Below, piece by piece: positions 38,821 through 47,191 of a stretch of 64,000 bases of DNA. Source of the stretch: an uncultured Polyangiaceae bacterium. Lineage in GTDB: Bacteria > Myxococcota_A > Polyangia > Polyangiales > Polyangiaceae. The DNA is taken from NCBI GenBank assembly GCA_964480725.1, contig CAYZQO010000020.1, forward strand, positions 3,401 through 67,400, given 5' to 3'. The translations under genes were made by a program, and so were the position numbers. A model generated the notes under the pieces. It had not been told where the DNA came from. It saw only the letters and a program-made list of their open reading frames with translations, and made no database searches. Every line of letters begins with the position of its first letter. Positions within the stretch are counted from its first letter, which is position 1.

Positions 38821-40305
38821 TCAGTACTGCCGATCGAGGAAGCTTGTGCCCGGGCGGGCGGGGGGGCGCGAGGTCGCTGCGGCGGAACCGCCGGACGCGG
38901 ACGGCGAGCGCCAGCCGGCTGACCCCGAGAGGGTCGTCCCCGTGCGCCCGCGGCCCGCCGTGGGCGACGCCGCGGCGGCCCCGCTCGCGACGGCGCTCGC
39001 CGAGGCGGAGCCCCGTAGCGCCGTAGTGGACGAGGCGAGCGTCTCCGCGCCCGAGGGCGCCGGGAGCGCGGCGGCGACGCTCCCCGTGGCGGAGGCCTCC
39101 GGGACCACCTCGACGGAGGGAGCGAGCATCCCGGAGCTGCCCAGCGCCTCGACCCCGAGGTTCGCGCCCAGCGGCGCCCCTCCGACGAGCACGCGATACC
39201 CCACCGCACCCCCCACGAGCGCGACGACGCCCAGCACCGCCCCCGCGACGATCCACCCCGACCCGCGACGCTCTCGCAACGGGAGGTGCTCCCAGGTAGC
39301 GGCGGTCGCAGCGCGCGGCGCGACCGCCGCACCGGCCGTCTCCCCCACGACGGGCGGGTCGGTGCGGCCCGGCGCGATCCCGAGGGTCCGGCGGATCCGG
39401 CTGACGGACGCGACCGCGTGGGCGGGCGCGTAGGGCTCGAGCGCGATCGCGAGCTCCCCGACGTCTGAATAACGGCGGCTCCGCTCTTTCTCTAGGCAGC
39501 GGAGCACGACCGCCTCGAGCTCCGGCGGCACGTCGGGCCGCGACACCCGGAGCGGAGCCGGCGGCTGACTCGACACCCGCGCGTGCACCTCCGCCAGCGT
39601 CTCGCCGAGGAACGGCCCGTGCCCTGCCAGAAGCTCGTAGAGGATGGCACCGAGCGCCCAGATGTCCGTGCGAGCGTCGACGTCGCGTGCCGAGAGCATC
39701 TGCTCCGGAGACATGTAGAGCGGCGTGCCGAAAACCGCCGCGGTCCGGGTCAGGTGCGACGTCTCCGCCGTGTCCGCCGCGACCGCGAGCTTGGAGATCC
39801 CGAAATCGAGGATCTTGATCAGATCGGCGCCGTCGGGGCGGCACACCCAGAACAGGTTCGCTGGCTTCAGATCCCGGTGGACGATCCCGAGACGGTGAGC
39901 CTCCGCGAGCGCCTCCGCCGCCTGCAGCACGAAGTCCACGGCCCGCGGGATGGGGATCCCCCCTTGCTCCTGGACCCACGAGGCGAGGTCGCACCCCTCC
40001 AGCAGCTCCATGACCATGTACGGGGCACCGGTAGGGAGGACGTCCACGTCGAGCACGCGCACCACGTGCTCGCTCTTGATCTTGACCGCCGCCCGCGCCT
40101 CCCGGGAGAACCGCGCCACCACGTCCGGCACGACGGCCGCGGCGGGGAGGAGGACCTTGATCGCGACGGGCTCGTCGAGCTGCACGTGGTGGGCCGCCAT
40201 CACGACGCCCATGCCGCCGACGCCGATCACCCGATCGATCCGGTACTTGTCGGCAACGAGGTCGCCGGGCTCGAGCCCGACCGCTGGCGTCGTCTCTGGT
40301 TGCAT
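38821..40305 (-). CDS. Ser/Thr protein kinase (Hanks type) with TM anchor and Ala/Ser-rich extracytoplasmic tail
   Basis: GVGGMGVV...AIK, HRDLKPANLF, DFGISK and GTPLYMSPEQ are present, followed by TM WIVAGAVLGVVALVGGAVGY. Confidence 0.9.
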   Translation of the reverse strand: MQPETTPAVGLEPGDLVADKYRIDRVIGVGGMGVVMAAHHVQLDEPVAIKVLLPAAAVVPDVVARFSREARAAVKIKSEHVVRVLDVDVLPTGAPYMVMELLEGCDLASWVQEQGGIPIPRAVDFVLQAAEALAEAHRLGIVHRDLKPANLFWVCRPDGADLIKILDFGISKLAVAADTAETSHLTRTAAVFGTPLYMSPEQMLSARDVDARTDIWALGAILYELLAGHGPFLGETLAEVHARVSSQPPAPLRVSRPDVPPELEAVVLRCLEKERSRRYSDVGELAIALEPYAPAHAVASVSRIRRTLGIAPGRTDPPVVGETAGAAVAPRAATAATWEHLPLRERRGSGWIVAGAVLGVVALVGGAVGYRVLVGGAPLGANLGVEALGSSGMLAPSVEVVPEASATGSVAAALPAPSGAETLASSTTALRGSASASAVASGAAAASPTAGRGRTGTTLSGSAGWRSPSASGGSAAATSRPPARPGTSFLDRQY

Positions 40306-40473
40306 CGGTGTCCGTCGCGCCGCCGTCCGAGCCTAGGGTGCTACGCCTACCATCTCCTCCCGACTGGGGAAAGGCCGGTGGGCGTCGGTTCGACTGGGCC
40401 CGCGACGCGAGGTGCGGGCGGCCGCGCGCTCCCGGCTCCGTCCGCGGGCCCCGGCGCGCGGCGCGACGACGCC

Positions 40474-42711
40474 TCAGGACCGGCGCGCCGCGCGCCGTAC
40501 CTCGGCGAGCTTGGCGCCGAGGTCCGCACGGCCGTAGGGCTTCTGCAGGAACGCGGCCCCCGCGAGCTCCGCCTGTCCCCCCCCGGGGTGACCCGAGACG
40601 AACACCACCTGGAGGCCCGGGTACCGCTCCCGGAGCTCCCTGGCGATGGAGGGGCCACCGCGGCCCGGCATCGCAATGTCACAGAGCAAGAGGTCGAACG
40701 GCGTCGCGCGAGACGCCGCGCAAGCGAGCGCCTCCGCGGCGTCCCCGGCCACCACCGCCCGATACCCGAGGCTCTCGAGCAGGCGCGCCGCGGTGCCCCG
40801 CACGAGCTCGTCGTCGTCGACCACGAGCACAGCGCCCTCCCCCGCGCTGGCGGGCGCCGGGGTCACCTCGTGCTCGTCGGGCGGCGCCTCCGCGACCAGT
40901 GGCAGCAGGACCGAGAAGCTCGACCCAGCGCCGGGGGTGCTCTCCACGGTGATGTCCCCGCCGTGTTGGCGCACAATGCCGTAGGAGCTCGCGAGCCCGA
41001 GCCCGGTCCCGTGGCCCTTGGTGGAGAAGAACGGCTCGAACAGGTGGGCCCGCGTCGCCTCGTCGATACCGGTGCCCGAGTCGACGACCTGAAGCGACGC
41101 GACCTCGCCGGAGAGCTCGCCACCGGGGGGGAGCGTCCGGCGCCCGACGCGCACCTCCAGGCGCCCTCCGCCCGGCATGGCGTCGCGCGCGTTGACGACC
41201 AGGTTCACCAGCACCTGCTCGAGCAGCGCCGGGTCGGCGCGAACGAAGGCCCGCGCGCCGTACTCGATCACGAGCTCGACGTCCCCACCGACCAGCGGCC
41301 GCAGCATCCGGTCCACGTGCTGCACCAGGGCCCCGAGCTCGACGACCCGGAGCTCGGCCGGCTGCCGCCGCGCGAACGCCAGCAGCTGCTGGGTGAGATC
41401 GCGCGCCCGCAGCGACGCATGGCGAATCGTCGTCAGATCGTCACTCAGGCCAGCGGGACAGCGCGCTTCCAGGAGCTCCAGCGCGCCCAGGATCGCGGCC
41501 AGCATGTTGTTGAAGTCGTGCGCCACCCCGCCCGCGAGGCGCCCGATGCTCTCGAGCCGACTCGCCCGCCGGAGCTCGTCCTCGAGGCGGTGCTGCTCGG
41601 TGACGTCCATCACGGTGCCCACGATCCTTGCCCGCGCCCCCGCTCGCTGGACCTTCCCGCGGAGCCGCGCCCAGCGCGCGACCCCGTCGCTCCCGATGAG
41701 CCGCGCGTCCAGCTCGATCTCGGTCTGACGCGCCACCACCAGCTCCTCGAGGACCCCGCGGACCTTGCCTCGATCCTCCGGGTGGACGCGCTCCAGGAAG
41801 CCGTCCACGCCGCGCCCCCTATCCCGCAGCAGGAACAGGTCGTCGAGGTTCGGTGACCACCGCCCCTCGTCGGAACCGGGCTCGAGCTCCCAGACCCCCA
41901 TGCGTGCCGCCCCCATCGCCAGGTCGAGCCGCGCGGCGCTCTCGACGAGCGCCCGCTGGGCGACCAGGCGCTCGGTGACGTCGGTGAGGATCGCCGCCGA
42001 GCCGGTGACGGCGCCGGTGGCGGAGCGCACGGGCTCGGCCGCCACGCGGAGCCAGCGCGTGCGCCCGTCCTGCTCCAGCGCGAAGACGGCGGCCGGAACG
42101 GGGCGGTCGGTCGCGAGCGCGACGAGGTCCGGCAGCGCCTCGGCGGTAACGATCTCCCCACGCTCGGTGCGGAGCGTCGCTTCGGGGGGGAAAACCCGCC
42201 TCTCGCCGAGCAGATCCGCCTCCCGCTCGGCGCCGAGGAGGCGCACGGCGACGGCGTTACAGGCCAGCACTCGGCCGTCGGCGCCACGCAGGAGGACGGC
42301 GTCGGGGAGCGCGGCCACCAGACTCCGGTAGCGCGACTCGCTCTCGCTGAGCGCGACCTGCGCGACCTGCTGGCTCGGCACGTCCTCGAGAAAGAGGGCG
42401 AGGCGCTCCGGCCCGAGCGGGACCAGGGTGAGCCGGAGGTTCAGCGTCGCCTCGGTGCGGTCGTAGCGGCGCACCGGCTGCTCGAGGACGAGCGGCTGCT
42501 GCTCGGCGACGCAGCGACGCGCGGCCTCGCCGATCTCCGGCTGGTCGCGGTAGAGCGCCGCCATCGGCTTGCCGAGCAGGACCTCGACGTGGGGGTTGCG
42601 CGACCGGCCCGCCGCGTTGACCTGCTCCAGGACGAAGGCCCCGTCAGCGGCGCGGAAGGCGTAGCCCGCCACCGGCACATGCTCGAAGAGGTCGTCGAAG
42701 CCGCCCATCAT
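40474..42711 (-). CDS. Multi-PAS hybrid sensor histidine kinase with C-terminal receiver domain
   Basis: PAS-like repeats are present. HisKA has GGVAHDFNNML. HATPase has NLVVNARDAM..DSGTGI..GTGLGLA. The receiver domain has VLVVDDDELVR...LLLCDIAMPG. The start was set to ATG 42711; the track start 42723 is TTG. Confidence 0.9.
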   Translation of the reverse strand: MMGGFDDLFEHVPVAGYAFRAADGAFVLEQVNAAGRSRNPHVEVLLGKPMAALYRDQPEIGEAARRCVAEQQPLVLEQPVRRYDRTEATLNLRLTLVPLGPERLALFLEDVPSQQVAQVALSESESRYRSLVAALPDAVLLRGADGRVLACNAVAVRLLGAEREADLLGERRVFPPEATLRTERGEIVTAEALPDLVALATDRPVPAAVFALEQDGRTRWLRVAAEPVRSATGAVTGSAAILTDVTERLVAQRALVESAARLDLAMGAARMGVWELEPGSDEGRWSPNLDDLFLLRDRGRGVDGFLERVHPEDRGKVRGVLEELVVARQTEIELDARLIGSDGVARWARLRGKVQRAGARARIVGTVMDVTEQHRLEDELRRASRLESIGRLAGGVAHDFNNMLAAILGALELLEARCPAGLSDDLTTIRHASLRARDLTQQLLAFARRQPAELRVVELGALVQHVDRMLRPLVGGDVELVIEYGARAFVRADPALLEQVLVNLVVNARDAMPGGGRLEVRVGRRTLPPGGELSGEVASLQVVDSGTGIDEATRAHLFEPFFSTKGHGTGLGLASSYGIVRQHGGDITVESTPGAGSSFSVLLPLVAEAPPDEHEVTPAPASAGEGAVLVVDDDELVRGTAARLLESLGYRAVVAGDAAEALACAASRATPFDLLLCDIAMPGRGGPSIARELRERYPGLQVVFVSGHPGGGQAELAGAAFLQKPYGRADLGAKLAEVRRAARRS

Positions 42712-42875
42712 CCCGCTCGCCAACGCTATCGTATCCGACGCCCTCGAGCAGCACCATCACCCTCTGGCGCGTCCCGCTCGCGCGCGAGGATCCCGTCCGG
42801 AGGGGCAGGGGCACGCGCTCGACGAGGCCGCCCCGATCCTGCGGCGACGAACCGCACCGTGGGCGCGCGGCGAGG

Positions 42876-43499
42876 CTACGCACCGTCATCCAACCCGAGA
42901 CGCCGGCGCACCTGCGATAGCCGCTCGGCGACCCGATCGAGCACCTGCTCCTGGCCGATGGATCGAAGAAAATCACCGTACTCGGCGAGCCGAGCCCGCA
43001 GCGCGCGCCCGGCCGGCGTGTCCTCGCGGAGAGCGCGCGCGTCGTCGTCGACGACGTCGAAGTTGATGGTGCCCCGGCACCCCGGCACCCCGCAACGACA
43101 TGGGTCCCGGCCCGGCTGGTTGACGGTCACCCAGCCGTAGAAGATGGTGACCTCCTCGCCAGGCGCGATCGGTCGCCGGCACTGGATGCGCCCCTCGCGG
43201 TCCGAGTAGAGTTCCGCGTTCGGACAGCAGGAGTGATTGCAGAGCCACCCGCCCGGAACGGCGGTGTCGGGGATGATCACGGCCCAGCCCTCGGACAGGA
43301 GGGTGAGTTTGCCTTCTGCAGCGGCGATCGCCTCCGGGTCATCGAGCGGGAGCTTGCGCTGACTCGGCGCGTAGGGGACCACCACCTCACCGGCACCAAA
43401 CGCGCGCCGCGCAAAGACCCCGCGACCCTCGATGGAGCTCTGGCGGAACGCAACAGGCGCGAGGCTGAACATCGCCTTGGCGGCGTGACGCGAGGTCAT
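42876..43499 (-). CDS. SET-domain protein (putative protein lysine methyltransferase)
   Basis: The start is ATG 43499 (or 43472). SIEGRGVFARRAFGAGEVV, the NHSCCPNAEL motif, EEVTIFYG and a post-SET-like CRCGVPGCRG are present. Confidence 0.8.
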   Translation of the reverse strand: MTSRHAAKAMFSLAPVAFRQSSIEGRGVFARRAFGAGEVVVPYAPSQRKLPLDDPEAIAAAEGKLTLLSEGWAVIIPDTAVPGGWLCNHSCCPNAELYSDREGRIQCRRPIAPGEEVTIFYGWVTVNQPGRDPCRCGVPGCRGTINFDVVDDDARALREDTPAGRALRARLAEYGDFLRSIGQEQVLDRVAERLSQVRRRLGLDDGA

Positions 43500-43702
43500 C
43501 GGGGCCGGGGCTCCAGGAGCGCCGCCGTGACGGCGGTCGGCGCTGGCCAGTATGGCGGAGCGGGCGCGTCCCTGTCTGCCCCGGGGACGCCAGGCGACCC
43601 GCGCACCCGAGCGGCCCGCGGCACCGACGAGCGCGTGGCCTTGCCGGCGGTCCGCCCCGACCGCGACCCTCCCGGCAGAGCGGCCTGGCGGCGCGGGCGA
43701 GT

Positions 43703-43731
43703 TTGACAACCCGCACGCCAGCCGGTATCGC
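43703..43731 (+). promoter_or_regulatory. Sigma70-like promoter for the riboswitch-led operon
   Basis: TTGACA (43703-08), a 17-nt spacer, then TATCGC (43726-31). The predicted TSS is about 15 nt upstream of the aptamer. Confidence 0.4.
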
Positions 43732-43752
43732 CTGGCGACAATCGAAGCGTCA

Positions 43753-43901
43753 GGTCCCAGGGTGGGGAAGGTCGGTGCGATGCCGACGCGGTCCCGCCGC
43801 CGTATGTGGGGACGAAACCGGCCAGCAAAGCCACTGGGAGCGATCCTGGGAAGGCGCCGGGAGTAGGACGATCCACGAGCCGGAATATCCGCTCCGGGAC
43901 C
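43753..43901 (+). promoter_or_regulatory. Cobalamin (B12) riboswitch aptamer
   Basis: The conserved B12-element blocks appear in canonical order: GGTGGGGAAGG, GGTGCGATGCC, GCGGTCCCGCC, GCCACTGGG, CTGGGAAGGCG, AGTAGGA and the B12-box-like GAGCCGGAATATCCGC. The outer helix is GGTCCC (43753-58) paired with GGGACC (43896-901). It lies upstream of a TonB-dependent receptor operon. Confidence 0.8.
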
Positions 43902-44026
43902 GCGTGGGTGGTCGCCTCCGAGGGGAGGAGCCTCACGCTCTCAGCGCGGCACCTCGTGCCTCCGCGCCCCCCCACGACGCCCCCACCCATGACGGAGGAT
44001 CAGTGGCGGTCGACCAGGGATTTTTC

Positions 44027-45094
44027 ATGCGCCGCGCGGGGCGGGCGGCCTCGTGCCTCCTCGGCGGCGCGCTCTCGGTGTGGGGCTGCGGCCCAGCGAC
44101 CGACGACCCGTCGGCGGACGCGCCGGCCGGCGCCGCGGGCGCGACGACCGGCGCCACGGCGGGCACCGCGGGGGCGACGCTGGAGCTACCGAGCTGCCTC
44201 ACGCCGTGGGCGCCCTTGCTGGACGGCGTTCACCCCGGCGCCGTGCTCGCGTTCACCGCACCGTCGAGCGCGCCGCTCGAGGTGGGGACCGCGCTCGACC
44301 CGGCCGCAGCCGCGCCGGAGGAGTGGCTCGACCAGGAGACGGTCACGCTGCCCGAGACGGGAGCGCTCACGGTGTTCGCCCGCGTCGCCGACCCCGCCTG
44401 CGACGCCAGCTGGTTCTCGCACCGCTACCCCGTCGTCGCCGCCTATCCCGGGCCCGCGGGCACCCCCGACACCACCGCCATCGCGCGCGACGACCCGCGG
44501 ATCGCTGGCTGGGCCGCGGCGGTCGAGGCGCTGGAGCTCGGTGCCGGGAGTGACGATCCTGATCTCCGCGATCCGGCGCGCGCGCTTGGACCCGCGGAGG
44601 GGACCGCGCTCGACGCGGTGTCGCTCGGCGAGGGCGGGACGATCACGCTCCGCTTCGACCCCCCCATCGCGGACGGCGACGGCCCCGACCTCGCCGTCTT
44701 CGAGAACGGCTTCAGCGCCTCCTTCCTCGAGCTGGGGATGGTCGAGGTGTCGAGCGACGGCGTTCACTTCGTGCGCTTCGACTGCGCCTCCCTGGGGACG
44801 TCGCCGCTCGGCCCCTTCGGGACGCTCGACACCACTCTGCTCGCCGGGCTCGCCGGCAAGTACGAGCAGGGCCACGGCACCCCGTTCGATCTCGCGTCGC
44901 TCCGCGCCCGTCCCGAGGTCCAGGTCGGCGCCCTCGATCTCGCTCGCGTCACGCTGGTGCGCGTGGTGGACGTGGTGGGGGACGGGTCGGTCACCGACTC
45001 CTTCGGCCACCCCGTTTACGATCCGTACCCCACCGCCCAGACCGCCGGCTTCGACCTCGACGCCGTGGCCGCGCTCCATGCCGCGGGCCGCTAG
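44027..45094 (+). CDS. Uncharacterised lipoprotein, first gene of the B12-riboswitch operon
   Basis: ATG 44027 has an AGGGA SD 6 nt upstream. In-frame GTG 44003 behind GGAGGA is an alternative start. The signal peptide and lipobox are MRRAGRAASCLLGGALSVWGC. The conserved-looking core is GGTITLRFDPPIADGDGPDLAVFENGF...VEVSSDGVHFVRF. I recognised no named motif. Confidence 0.7.
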   Translation: MRRAGRAASCLLGGALSVWGCGPATDDPSADAPAGAAGATTGATAGTAGATLELPSCLTPWAPLLDGVHPGAVLAFTAPSSAPLEVGTALDPAAAAPEEWLDQETVTLPETGALTVFARVADPACDASWFSHRYPVVAAYPGPAGTPDTTAIARDDPRIAGWAAAVEALELGAGSDDPDLRDPARALGPAEGTALDAVSLGEGGTITLRFDPPIADGDGPDLAVFENGFSASFLELGMVEVSSDGVHFVRFDCASLGTSPLGPFGTLDTTLLAGLAGKYEQGHGTPFDLASLRARPEVQVGALDLARVTLVRVVDVVGDGSVTDSFGHPVYDPYPTAQTAGFDLDAVAALHAAGR

Positions 45095-47180
45095 CCTCCG
45101 CGCGCGAGGGTCGCGCCTCGCCGCGGCGCTCCTGACGACCGCGCTCACGGCCCCCGCGACCGCCACGCCGGACGCGGCCCCCCCGCCGGCAGCGCCCGCA
45201 GCGGGTGGCGGGGACCAGACCCCGGACCCGGACGCTCCGGCGCGCGCGACGCCACCTCCCATCGAGATCCGGATCGAGGGCGACGGGCGTCCGGGGCCCG
45301 CGCGGGATCCGTCCGCCGCCGCCACCGTGCTCCGTGGTGAGGAGCTCCAGCGCCCCGGCGCCAGCGTCACCGAGCTGGTCGCCGACGCGCCCGGGGTGCA
45401 GACGCGGCGCACGGGCGCCGACAGCGACCTGGCCACCGCGAGCCTCCGGGGCGCCACCGCGGCGCAGACGCCCGTGTACCTCGCGGGCGTGCGGCTCAAC
45501 GACGACGTGACGGGGGTCGCCGACCTCTCTACGGTCCCGCCCTTCCTCCTCCACCGGATCGAGCTTTACCGCGGCAGCGCCCCGGCCGAGGCGGATCGGC
45601 TCGGGATCGGGGGTGCGATCCTGCTCGAGCCCCGCCTCCCCATCGGCCCCGAGCTTCGCCTCGGCGAGCTCGTCGGGAGCCACGGCGCACGCGGAGCCTG
45701 GCTCGCGGCGGCCACGGGCGACGCCCGCCGCGGCGCCCTGGTCGCGCTCCGTCACGACGCGGCGACGAACGACTTCGACTACGTCAGCGACGCCGGCACC
45801 CGCTTCGAGCCCGCCGACGACCGCCGGGTGGAGCGCGCCAACGGTGACCACTCGACCTGGGATATCTGGTCGATCGGACGCTTCGCCGTCGGCGAGCGCG
45901 CGCGGGTGACCCTGGTCTATGCCGGCTTCGCCCGAGAGCAGGGCGTCACCGGTCTGTCCGTGCTGCCCGCGGCGCGGAGCCGCGCGCGGATCGGGCGTCA
46001 GCTCCTCGCCGCCTCCGCCGTCGTCCCCTGCGCGGCGGCCGACGGTGACCGCAACCGCTGTGAGCTCGAACTCGTCACCTCCGGGCTCGCCGCGAGAACG
46101 GCGCTCGACGACCCAGCGCGCGAGCTCGCGCTCGGCTCGACGGCCATCGCCACCGACGGCCGCCGCTTCGGGCAGGTGATCCGCTGGCGCGTCTCGCCGG
46201 CGCGCGCCGTCTCCTTGACGGTGAGCGGCGAACAGAGCGTGGAGACGGTCGCCCTCGCGCGGTCGCTCGACCCGGGAGGCGCCTTCTCGCTCGCGGCGCG
46301 CCGCAGCGTCACTCGACCGGCCGCGAGCGTCACCGTCACTCCCTCCCACACCGTCGAGGCGCTCGCCCTCACGGCGCTCGAGTGCCACGCGACGGCGGGC
46401 CCGGGGGGCAGCGCCGGGTGCGACGTGCTGGAGCCGGTGGGTCGCGCCGGGCTGCGGCTGAGCCCGGCACCGTTCATCGACCTCCTCGCCAACGCAGGCC
46501 GGACCGTGCGGGTCCCGACGCTCGGCGAGCTGTACGGCCTGGCCCCCCTCGTGCGCGGCAACGCCGAGCTGGAGCCGGAGACGGGCGCCGCCGTGGACGT
46601 CGGCGTCCGCGCTCGCGGCGACGATCCGGGCTCGGGGCTCGCGGGCGATCTCGAGGCGTTCGCCTTTCGGCGCCGGGTCGAGCACTTGGTGAGCTACCGC
46701 CAGAGCTTCCGCCAGCTCGTCCCCGAGAACCTCGGCGCAGCACGGATCCAGGGCCTCGAGCTCGCGGGCGAGCTCCGCTGGCGGCGCGCCCTGCGGCTCG
46801 GCACCACGGTGACCCTCGAGGACCCGCGCGACATCTCGCCCGACCGGACGCTCGCCAACGACCTCTTGCCGCTCCACTCGCGGCTGGTGGTCGCGCAGCA
46901 CCTCGAGGGGTCGCTCGCCCCCCACCGCGCGGGGCTCGACCGGCTCACCGCCGGCGCGCGGCTCCGCCACCGCTCCTCGCGCTATCAGGACCCGGCCGGT
47001 CTGGTCGTGATCCCGCGCCAGACTGCGCTGGATCTCGAGATCACGGCCACGCTGCTCGGCGATCGGATCGGGCTCAGCGCGGCGCTGGAGAACGCGCTCG
47101 ACGCCCCGGAGTGGGATCTCGTCGGGCTCGCGCTCCCCGGCCGCACCCTGACCGGCTCGCTGGAGGCTCGACTGCCGTGA
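45078..47180 (+). CDS. btuB: TonB-dependent outer-membrane receptor, BtuB-like (cobalamin receptor candidate)
   Basis: ATG 45078 overlaps the upstream gene by 17 nt. It has a signal peptide. The plug region VLRGEELQRPGASVTELVADAPGVQTRRTG..SLRGATAAQTPVYLAGVRLND..ADLSTVP..HRIELYRGSAP....IGGAILLEPR aligns with the E. coli BtuB plug. It is under riboswitch control. Confidence 0.8.
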   Translation: MPRAASLRARGSRLAAALLTTALTAPATATPDAAPPPAAPAAGGGDQTPDPDAPARATPPPIEIRIEGDGRPGPARDPSAAATVLRGEELQRPGASVTELVADAPGVQTRRTGADSDLATASLRGATAAQTPVYLAGVRLNDDVTGVADLSTVPPFLLHRIELYRGSAPAEADRLGIGGAILLEPRLPIGPELRLGELVGSHGARGAWLAAATGDARRGALVALRHDAATNDFDYVSDAGTRFEPADDRRVERANGDHSTWDIWSIGRFAVGERARVTLVYAGFAREQGVTGLSVLPAARSRARIGRQLLAASAVVPCAAADGDRNRCELELVTSGLAARTALDDPARELALGSTAIATDGRRFGQVIRWRVSPARAVSLTVSGEQSVETVALARSLDPGGAFSLAARRSVTRPAASVTVTPSHTVEALALTALECHATAGPGGSAGCDVLEPVGRAGLRLSPAPFIDLLANAGRTVRVPTLGELYGLAPLVRGNAELEPETGAAVDVGVRARGDDPGSGLAGDLEAFAFRRRVEHLVSYRQSFRQLVPENLGAARIQGLELAGELRWRRALRLGTTVTLEDPRDISPDRTLANDLLPLHSRLVVAQHLEGSLAPHRAGLDRLTAGARLRHRSSRYQDPAGLVVIPRQTALDLEITATLLGDRIGLSAALENALDAPEWDLVGLALPGRTLTGSLEARLP

Positions 47181-47191
47181 GAGCTACATTT

